A DNA stretch of 32,000 nucleotides, taken from positions 531,431 through 563,430 of the forward strand of contig CAVOIE010000006.1 of the NCBI GenBank assembly GCA_963696055.1, given 5' to 3'. This stretch comes from an uncultured Actinomycetota bacterium (GTDB lineage: Bacteria > Actinomycetota > Actinomycetes > Actinomycetales > Micrococcaceae). Of the stretch, positions 8,649 through 16,672 are shown piece after piece. How positions within the stretch are numbered: position 1 is the stretch's first letter; each line of letters begins with the position of its first letter. Both the position numbers and the translations under genes were made by a program. The notes under the pieces were generated by a model that saw only the letters and a list, made by a program, of their open reading frames with translations, was not told the DNA's origin and ran no database searches.

Positions 8649-11600
8649 TTAGCCTTCCCTCGTCGAGTCGTCGCCCAACGCGCGGTTGGGGTCGGTGACC
8701 TTGTCGGCGCCGGTCTCGGGCGTTACGCCAGCGCGGGCTTGATAGTCGGCAACCAGGGCCAGCAGTTCCGATCCCTGCGGCCGCCGCCCCGGACGGATGT
8801 CGCACGATCCGGCCTTGGACTCCTGGATCTGCACATTCGGATCCAGTGTCACCCCCAACAAGTCGTTGGCCGCGTCGCCGCTGACGACGGCGTCACCGCC
8901 GACTCCCCAGTGGTAAGGCAGACCGATCTGGTGCATCGTGCGGCCGCCCACCACCAACGGGCGCACCCGTTCGGTGACCAGCACCCTGGCCTCGATGGCT
9001 GCCCGGGGCGAGACGATTGTGGCCCATCCGTAAGGTTCCAAGCCACGTTCGGCCGCCAATTCCGGGGACACCTCGCAGAACATCTCCGGCTGAAGTTCAG
9101 CGAGGTACGGCAGCCACCGGCTCATCCCGCCGGCCGTATGGTGTTCTGTCAGTCGGTAGGTGGTGAAGACGTAAGGATAGATATCCGCCCCATGCTCGCC
9201 GGCACTGGGCGCACTGAGGTTGTCTTCGCGCGGATAGACCAGTCGGGCGGGGTTCTGCTGCTGCCGGTAGAGCGGGTTGGCCACCGGGGATTCCTGCGGC
9301 TCATAGTGGGTCGGCAGCGGCCCGTCCACCATGCCCTTCGGCGCGAACAGCCATCCCTTGCCATCGGCTTGCATGATGAAGGGGTCGTCCCCCGCCAGCG
9401 CGGCCGGACCGCCCACGGGCTAGATCCGGACGGCTTCCCGGAGCACGGTCCACGGGGAAATCGGGGACGTCCTCACCGGTCCACCGGTTCTGCTCCTGGT
9501 CCCACCAAATGTACTTCTTGCGGTCGCTCCACGGCTTGCCCTCGGGGTCCGCCGAGGCACGGTTGTAGAGGATGCGGCGGTTGGCCGGCCAGGCCCAGCC
9601 CCATTCGGGGGCGACTGGCCCTTGTTCCTGGCCGGGCTTCCGGTCCGCGGCGTGGTTAATCCCGTCCGCGTAGACGCCGGTATAGATCCAGCAACCGCCC
9701 GTCCGTCGAGCCGTCGGCGCGCATCTCGGTGTATGACGAGAGGGGCTGGCCGGCTTTGGGACCGGTGAGATGGCGGCCGTTGATCTCGGCGAGCACCGCT
9801 TCGCCGTCAGGCTCGCCGTGTTCGTCGGTGGGATAGTCCCAGGTCAGGTCCAGCAACGGCCGGTCCCGTTCATCGGTCGAATCCGCCAGCTTGGCGCGGA
9901 GCCGCTTGCCCAGCTCGTAGAAGAACTGCAGTTCGCTCTGGCAGTCACCCGGCGGCCGGATCGCCTGATGCCGCCATTGCAGCAGCCGCTGGGTCTGGGT
10001 GAAGGAACCGGCCTTTTCCACGTGGGTCGCGGCCGGCAGGAAGAAGACCTCGGTGCCGATGTCCTCGGTGCGCAGCTCGCCCGAGGCAATCTCCGGGCCG
10101 TCCTTCCACCACGTGGCCGACTCGATGAGGTTGAGGTCGCGCACCACCAGCCACTTCAAATGGGACATGCCAAGCCGCTGCATCCGGCCATTTGCGGACC
10201 CGATGGCAGGGTTCTGGCCAAAGACGAAGTAGCCCTCCACCTCGTCATCGAGCATGCTCATCACGGTCTGGTACGTCCCGTGCGGGCCGTTGATCCGGGG
10301 CAGGTAGCCGTAGCCCCAATCCGAGTCTTCGTTGGCCGCGTCGCCCCACCACGCCTTGAGCAGGCTGATGGTGTAGGCATCGGCATCGGCCCAGAAGCCC
10401 TTTTGCTCCGGGGAGGCGATGCCTTCGCAGTATTCGCGCAGCGTCTCAATGCCGGCCTTCGGCATGGGGAGGTACCCGGGCAGCAGGTTGAACAGCGTGG
10501 GGATGTCGGTGGAACCTTGGATGCTGGCATGGCCCCGCAACGCCATGATTCCGCCGCCCGGCCGGCCCACATTTCCCAACAGGAGCTGCAGGATCGCCGC
10601 GGTGCGGATGTACTGCGCGCCCACCGTGTGCTGCGTCCAGCCGACGGCATACGCAAAGCAGGTGGTCCGCTCGCGGCCGGAGTTCTCCGTGACGGCCCGC
10701 GCGAGGTAGTCGAAGTCCTCGAGGGAAATGCCGCAAGCGTCCCTGACCATTTCCGGGGTGTAGCGCGAGTAGTGGCGCTTCAGGATCTGGAACACCGTGC
10801 GCGGGTGCTCAAGGGTCGGGTCCTGCTCGAACTCCGGACGCCCCAGGGGCGGGCCGCCGCTGCCGTATTGATCCCCGGCGGCCCGGGCGGCGGTATCCGC
10901 GCCGTGTTCGTGGCCGGGTTCCTGTCCGCTCGCTTCTTCTGCCTCTGATTTCCGCTCATAGGCCCAGGAAGCCAGACTGTAGTGGCCCGTTTCAGGATCG
11001 AATCCTGAAAACAGACCGTCCAGGTCCTCGGTGTCACGGAAGTCTTTGACCACCAGTGTTGCCGCGTTCGTATAGGCAAGAACGTATTCCTTGAACCACA
11101 GATCGTTGCTGAGCACATGGTTGATCAGGGCGCCCAGCAGGACGATGTCCGAACCGGCGCGGATCGGAACATGTTTGTCGGCCACCGCACTGGTGCGCGT
11201 GAACCTCGGATCCACATGGATGACCTTCGCGCCTCGCGCCTTGGCCTCCGTCACCCACTGATAGCCGACGGGATGGCATTCGGCCATGTTTGAACCCTGG
11301 ATAACAATGCAGTCGGCATTGGCCATGTCCTGGAGCGATTGCGTCGCTCCGCCGCGTCCAAAGGAGGTTCCCAAACTGGGAACCGTGGCGGAGTGTCAAA
11401 TGCGTGCTTGGTTTTCCAACTGGATGGCGCCCGCCGCGGTGAAGAGCTTCTTGATCAGATAGTTCTCTTCGTTGTCAAGGGTTGCCCCGCCCAAGCCGGC
11501 GATCCCCATGGTCCGCCGGAGCGGCCGGCCGTGCTCATCGTTTTGCTGCCAGTTGTTCCGGCGTGCTTCGAGGAACCTCTCGGCCACCATGTCGACGGCG

Positions 11601-11962
11601 GTGTCCAGGTCAAGGTGCTGCCAGTCCTTGGCATGTGGTGCCCTGTACAGCACCTGCGTCTGCCTGCTCGGCGCGTTGACCAACTGCTCGCTGGCGGATC
11701 CCTTGGGGCAGAGCCGGCCCCGCGAGATCGGCGAATCCGGGTCGCCTTCGATCTGGACGACCTTCTCGTCCTTGACGAAGACGCGCTGGCCGCATCCCAC
11801 CGCGCAGTAGGGGCACACGCTTTGCACCACGCGGTCTGCGGTGGAGGTCCGGGGAGCGATGTCGCGGGTCCGCGGCGATGTTACGGCCTCGCCCCGCCCG
11901 AGTGAATCACTCGACCGGAGCTGCCGTACAACGGGCCACTCCAAATAGCTGAACCGCGACAT
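8649..11962 (-). pseudogene. fdhA: Formate dehydrogenase catalytic (alpha, FdnG-type molybdopterin) subunit, selenocysteine-containing; interrupted by two apparent +1 frameshifts in this sequence
   Basis: Three ORF-track pieces (11396..11962, 9656..11374, 8649..9416) plus an untracked middle piece together align to FdnG.

N-terminal piece: it has the CPYCAVGCGQ FeS motif and ends ...ENQARI-TGA-HSATVPSLGTSFGRGGATQ. Compare E. coli DNQARV-U-HGPTVASLAPTFGRGAMT. The TGA at 11396-11398 is therefore Sec, and it is in frame with ORF 9656..11374.

First shift: the frame is lost after ...MRADGSTD, near 9698-9700.

Middle piece: homology continues in the +1 frame as GGCWIYTGVYADG...WGWAWPANRRILYNRASADPEGKPW...

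Second shift and C-terminal piece: the frame shifts +1 again near 9417-9419 into VGGPAALAGDDPFIMQADGKGWLF...YRLTEHH... and runs to the stop at 8649. Confidence 0.85.
11366..11384 (-). promoter_or_regulatory. Candidate SECIS hairpin for the fdhA UGA codon
   Basis: mRNA reads UGA-CACUCCGCCAC-GGUUCCCA-GUU-UGGGAACC. This is a perfect 8-bp stem (plus strand ggttcccaaactgggaacc, 11366-11384). It starts 11 nt after the UGA and has G-U in the apical loop. This matches the geometry of the minimal bacterial SECIS, in which an upper hairpin lies about 11 nt 3' of the UGA. Confidence 0.6.
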
Positions 11963-12145
11963 GCGCCCACCCTAACCCAAACAGTGCACCGAGAACAGGG
12001 GTGCGGATGGTGGGAAGTCGGCTGCCGTGAACGTCCCGTCAACCGAGCTGGTGATAAGACGTTCAACGAGGACTTCAGCATCCGAGGGTGTCCAGTTCTG
12101 CCGTGCGTCGGGCCCGCGAAAACGAGTCACCGCCACCCCGAACGG

Positions 12146-12967
12146 TTATGCCGCTTTGATGGGTGTCTTGTCGCTGGAGGATGCCGCAGCCAAGTTTTCG
12201 CGGGCCAGGAAAGCGGAGAGTTCACCGATGGTGCTCATCAGCGGAGCGGGGAAGACGACGGTGGTGTTCTTGTCGACGCCGAGTTCGACCAAAGACTGCA
12301 GGTTCCGTAGCTGCAGGGCCAGCGGGTGGGCCATCATGGTGTCGGAGGCGTCCCCGAGGGCCGCTGCGGCGACGGCTTCGCCTTCGGCGGAGATGATCTT
12401 CGCCCTCTTTTCGCGTTCGGCTTCAGCCTGGCGGGCCATAGCGCGCTTCATGCTTTCCGGCAGCTGGATGTCCTTCAGCTCCACCAAGGTGACTTCTACT
12501 CCCCACTCGACGGTGAGCACGTCGAGGATTTCACGGATGTTGACGTTGATCCGTTCGGTCTCAGAAAGGGTCTGGTCCAAGGTGTGTTGGCCGACGACCT
12601 TCCGCAGGGTCGTCTGGGCGATCTGGTCGATGGCCGCGACCACGTTTTCGATCGCGACGACGGACTTTACCGGGTCGACCACCCGGTAGTAGGCGACCGC
12701 TGAGACATCTACGCTCACGTTGTCCCGGGTGATAATGCCCTGGGACTGGATGGGCATCGTCACGATCCGCAGGCTCACCATCTGCAGCCGGTCGATGACC
12801 GGGATGATCAGCCGCAGGCCGGGATCCCTGACTCCGGTGACCCGGCCGAGCCGGAAGAGCACGCCCTTCTCGTATTGGCGTACGATCCGGATCGCCATTT
12901 TCGCGGCGATGAGCAGCAGTACGACGACGACGATGACAACGATAACGACAATAGTGGTGGGGTCCAT
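12146..12967 (-). CDS. SPFH/band-7 domain membrane protein (stomatin/prohibitin homologue)
   Basis: ORF 12146..13516(-) trimmed to the ATG at 12967, which is preceded by GGAGGGG. The N-terminal TM is [22 protein letters not shown]. It is followed by [15 protein letters not shown]...[12 protein letters not shown]...[21 protein letters not shown]...LRNLQSL, typical of SPFH proteins. The 183-codon extension upstream is Pro/Arg/Gly-rich and looks non-coding. Confidence 0.88.
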
Positions 12968-13286
12968 CAGGATCCCCTCCTGGTCTCCCTTTGAGCAGGA
13001 CTTGCCGGGGCCGGGCCAGCACCGTGACAGGTGTCCTGCCCCTATTGTCCCATCAAACGGCGCAAAAGAGCCTTGACCCGTCGTTGGATCCGGTCCGAGC
13101 CGAACAGGCGGGAGCACGGTCGAGATCGCCACCGGAGTGCCGAAATTTCCAGCTGAAGGTCGGCAAACTATTCCCTGCGCGCACCGCGCGGTCCATACTC
13201 GAACACGTACAGGGCATCCGCTCGGCGGAGCCGCCCCTTGCGCAGGGTTCCGGCGGCAGATGCAGGCTCGAAGATCGGAGTCCGGC

Positions 13287-14729
13287 ATGTCCATCTGGAG
13301 CGGTTCCCAATCCATCCTCAGGCGCAAGCCGATCACAGAGATGGTGGAAGAGAGCGGGGAAAGCCATCTTTCCAAAAGCCTGGGCCTATGGCAGCTGACC
13401 GCGATCGGCGTCGGCGGGATCATCGGCATCGGCATCTTCACCTTGGCTGGGCTGGTGGCCAACGGCGGCCCCGACGCGGAGCCGGTCGGCCCGGCGGTGC
13501 TCATTTCTTTCCTCATTGCCGGCCTGGCCAGCGCGGCGGCCGCACTGTCCTACGCGGAGTTCGCCGGCATGATTCCGTTTGCAGGCTCCGCCTATACCTA
13601 TGGCTATGTGGCGCTGGGAGAGCTCATCGGCTGGTTCATCGGCTGGGACCTGCTGCTGGAATACACGGCAATCGTCGCCGTCGTCGCCATCGGCATCTCG
13701 GGCTATTTCAGCGCCTTTATGGAAGGCATCGGTATTCAAGTGCCGGCGTGGATGCAGGGCACCGGCGACACGGTCCAGGGCGGCGTGATCAACCTGCCGG
13801 CCATTCTGGTGTGCCTGCTGATTGCTTGGATCCTCAGCCGCGGGACCCGTACCTTCGGCCGGTTCGAAGTGATAGCTGTGGGGCTGAAGATCGCGTTGAT
13901 CCTCTTCATCATCGGGCTGGGGTTTTTCTACGTGAACCCGGGCAACTACACCCCGTTCATGCCCTCCGGATTCGGTTCGGTGCTGGCCGGGGCGGCCACC
14001 GTCTTCTTCGCGGTCTTCGGCTATGACGCGATGAGTACCGCGGCGGAGGAATCCGTGGACGGCAAGAAGTACATGCCCAAGGCCATCCTGCTATCGCTGG
14101 GCATCGCGATGACGCTCTATGTGCTGGCCACCCTGGTGCTGACCGGCATGCAGAACTACACCGATATCAGCCCCACCGCGGGGTTCGCGTCCGCCTTCGA
14201 GTCGGTCGGACTGCCGACCGTGGCCACGATCATTGCCGCCTTCGCCGTGGTTTCGATCCTGACCGTGATGCTCACCTTCCTGCTGGGCATGACCCGGGTG
14301 TGGTTCTCGATGAGCCGCGACGGGCTGCTGCCGGCGTGGTTCGCGGCGACGGACCGGCACGGCACCCCGCAGCGGGTGACTTGGATCGGCGGCGGCGTGG
14401 CGGCACTGCTAGCCGGGCTGCTCCCCATCCGGGTTGTGGCGGACCTGACCAACATCGGCATCCTGGCCGCCTTCGTGGTGGTCAGTGTGGCCGTGATCGT
14501 GCTGCGGCGCACCCGGCCGGAAGTGCCGCGGTCCTTCCGGCTTCCGCTGATGCCGGTGGTCCCCGCCTTCGGCGTTCTCGCCTCCGGGTTCCTGATGCTC
14601 CAACTGCACTGGGAGACCTGGCTGCGCTTCGTCATCTGGCTGATCATCGGCCTGCTGATCTACATGTTCTACAGCCGCAAGCACTCGCTGATGAACCCGA
14701 ATAGCCCGCGCCACCGGGCTGTATCCTGA
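13287..14729 (+). CDS. APC-superfamily amino acid permease (cationic amino acid transporter-like)
   Basis: ORF 13137..14729(+) trimmed to the ATG at 13287 ([51 protein letters not shown]). About 12 hydrophobic segments are present, along with the signature GxGIF N-terminal TM1 motif of APC permeases. Start is uncertain by a few codons. Confidence 0.87.
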
Positions 14730-14733
14730 GCCG

Positions 14734-14771
14734 CTGCCCGGGGCCGCCCTTTGCTGCGCCTTCCCGGCAGC
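14734..14771. terminator. Possible GC-rich imperfect hairpin between convergent permease and ABC ATPase genes
   Basis: gctgcccgg (14733-14741) can pair with cccggcagc (14763-14771), giving 6+2 bp with one mismatch. An alternative pairing is gccgct (14730-14735) with agcggc (14775-14780). There is no U-tract. The call is weak. Confidence 0.2.
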
Positions 14772-14826
14772 AATAGCGGCGCTTGGCCGCTTGGCACAAG
14801 AGCGGGGGTCTCGGCACGGGAGCGGG

Positions 14827-15570
14827 TCAGCGCGGTCCGTAGTGGACAACGACGCTGCGCTGTTGCCTGTTTTCGTCGGCATACAGCACAGTGCTGACCG
14901 GGACGCCGTACAGCGCGGAGAGCTCCCTGTCGGTGAGTAGCTCTTCCGCCGTCCCGGTTATCGGCCCGGAGCCGCGCATGAGCACCACCCGATCCGCCAG
15001 GTACAACGCGTGGTCGGGGTGGTGGGTGCTCAGCAGGATGGTCATGCCGTCGGAGCACAGTTCACGCAGCAGCGTCAGGATGCGGGCCTGATTCTTCAGG
15101 TCCAGACCCGTGGCGGGCTCGTCGAGAACCAGGACGGGACAGCCCGTGGCGATGGCGCGGGCGAGCAGGACCAGTTGCTGCTCGCCGCCGCTCAGTGTGG
15201 GGAACAGCCGGTCCTGTAGTTCAGCGATGCCGATCCGGCCCATCGCATCCAGCGCCGCCGCCCGATCGGCCGGTCCGGGCGAACGGAAAAAGCGGACCTG
15301 CCGGGCCCGCCCCATGAGCACCATCTCCAGTGCGGGGTAGGCGAACGCGCTGCCGTGGGCTTGCGGCACGTAGCCGGCGTCTCCGTCCCGGCGGACGGCA
15401 CCTTCCACCGGCGACAGCAATCCGGCAGCGCAGCGCACCAGTGTGGTCTTTCCGCTTCCGTTGGGGCCAAGCACGGCCGTAGCGGTGCCGGCGGGTACGT
15501 GGAAGCTGACGCCGCGGAACGTCCACTTATGCGGGCTGTAACCGAACCCTACGCGGTCAAGCTCAAGCAC
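14827..15570 (-). CDS. ABC transporter ATP-binding protein (FecE/BtuD-type, iron-chelate/cobalamin importer family)
   Basis: Walker A GPNGSGKTT, signature LSGGEQQ, Walker B VLVLDEP and H-loop STHH are present. The gene overlaps the upstream permease gene by 8 nt. Confidence 0.92.
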   Translation of the reverse strand: MLELDRVGFGYSPHKWTFRGVSFHVPAGTATAVLGPNGSGKTTLVRCAAGLLSPVEGAVRRDGDAGYVPQAHGSAFAYPALEMVLMGRARQVRFFRSPGPADRAAALDAMGRIGIAELQDRLFPTLSGGEQQLVLLARAIATGCPVLVLDEPATGLDLKNQARILTLLRELCSDGMTILLSTHHPDHALYLADRVVLMRGSGPITGTAEELLTDRELSALYGVPVSTVLYADENRQQRSVVVHYGPR

Positions 15571-16672
15571 TGTCCCAGATCCTGTCCCGGTTTTGGCGCA
15601 GGAGGAGGAAGAACACCGGTGCGCCGATCAGGGCGGTGAGCACTCCGAGCGGAATCTCCCCGGCGGTCAGGGTCCGGGCGATGGTGTCGACCACGATGAG
15701 GTAGGTTCCGCCGAGCAGGAATGACACCGGCAGCAGCACCCGGTGGTCGGGCCCCACCCACATCCGGGCCACATGCGGGATGACCAGGCCCACCCAACTG
15801 ACCGCTCCGCTGACCGCGACGGCGCCGGCGACCATCAGCGCGACGGCGACCAGCACCACCCAGCGCAGGGTCGCCGGTCGTAGTCCCAGTGCGGCAGCGT
15901 CTTCGTCGCCCAGCGAGAGCACGTTGATCCGCCAGCGCAGAACCAAGAGCACGATGGTGCCGAGCAGGACCGGGACTGCGGCCACCAGGACCTTCGCGAA
16001 GGTAGCTGAGGCAACACTGCCGAGCAGCCAGAAGACAATGGCCGGCAGGGTGGTGTTCGGATCCGCGATGTAGGTGGTGAAGGCGACCAGCGCGGAGAAG
16101 AAGGAGCCAATGACTACCCCGCCAAGCACGATCATCAGCAGGGGCGTCCCGCCGCGCCCGGAGGTGATCAAGAAGAGCATGACGAGGGCCAGCAGTCCGA
16201 AGACGAACGCGCCGGAGACGAGCAGCAGGGAACCCAAGCCGAGCAGCAGGGCCAAAGCGCCGCCAAAGGATGCGCCGGACGACACCCCGATAATCTCGGG
16301 ACTGACCAGCGGGTTTCGGAAGATAGCCTGCAGGGCAGCCCCGCCGATCGACAGCCCGGCCCCCACCAGCAGTGCGAGCAGGACACGTGGCAGCCGCACC
16401 AGCACAACGACGCTCTCTTCCGTGGTGCTGACCTCGGGGGCGGCGGGGAAGAGCTGGGCGGCGAGGATCTGCGCCACGTGCCACAGCGGGACGTTGTAGC
16501 GGCCCACCGCCAGCGCCACCAGGCAGACGACCGTCAGCAGGCCGGCGGAGACGGCGATCGGCGTGAAAACTAACGTGCCGCCGGAGCGTTCACGCCTGTC
16601 CCTGCGGAGCGGGGAACGGCGGACCGCCTTTCCCCGTTTTTTCGACCGTGGATGGGCCGCCTCATCCAGCAT
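15563..16672 (-). CDS. FecCD/BtuC-family ABC importer permease (type II importer)
   Basis: 369-aa polytopic protein. The sequence pattern (LLVGAGLSIGGAALQAIFRNPLVSPEIIGVSSGA..., C-terminal GVLTALIGAPVFFLLLR) is typical of the FecCD family. It overlaps the SBP gene stop by 11 nt. Start is uncertain. Confidence 0.9.
   Translation of the reverse strand: MLDEAAHPRSKKRGKAVRRSPLRRDRRERSGGTLVFTPIAVSAGLLTVVCLVALAVGRYNVPLWHVAQILAAQLFPAAPEVSTTEESVVVLVRLPRVLLALLVGAGLSIGGAALQAIFRNPLVSPEIIGVSSGASFGGALALLLGLGSLLLVSGAFVFGLLALVMLFLITSGRGGTPLLMIVLGGVVIGSFFSALVAFTTYIADPNTTLPAIVFWLLGSVASATFAKVLVAAVPVLLGTIVLLVLRWRINVLSLGDEDAAALGLRPATLRWVVLVAVALMVAGAVAVSGAVSWVGLVIPHVARMWVGPDHRVLLPVSFLLGGTYLIVVDTIARTLTAGEIPLGVLTALIGAPVFFLLLRQNRDRIWDSA

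Noticed and set aside
7878-9659. 593-aa plus-strand ORF; also 179..1432, 2220..3503, 3922..5019, 9770..10948, 16563..17525 and 20787..21800 on the plus strand
   Set aside because: All lie antisense to genes with strong family signatures (FDH subunits, SBPs, SelB, SelA, the FDH alpha subunit and hydrogenase accessory genes). All show the same Arg/Gly/Pro-rich composition, and no RBS or motif supports them.
9417-9700. Programmed ribosomal frameshifting as the explanation for the two fdhA frame changes
   Set aside because: Neither site has a recognisable slippery heptamer or a hungry/stop-codon +1 shift context. Two consecutive +1 events are unprecedented for this family. Indels or sequencing errors in 3-nt homopolymers are the simpler explanation.
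11396-11398. TGA read as a genuine stop splitting fdhA into a 188-aa gene and a separate downstream gene
   Set aside because: The flanking residues reproduce the conserved Sec active-site context of FdnG-type enzymes. The downstream piece is in the same frame and its 'start' is only a TTG inside conserved sequence. A SECIS-like hairpin follows, and a full sel gene set is adjacent.
12968-13516. N-terminal extensions of several ORF-track entries: SPFH to 13516, permease from 13137, hhyS to 26839, hypA to 28050, protease to 20389, the 218-aa gene to 22387, SBPs to 1948 and 17837, and VOC to 31285
   Set aside because: The extensions are Arg/Pro/Gly-rich, lack RBSs and often overlap the upstream gene. 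Internal starts with clear Shine-Dalgarno sequences, or with stop/start coupling, give proteins that begin at the conserved family N-termini.
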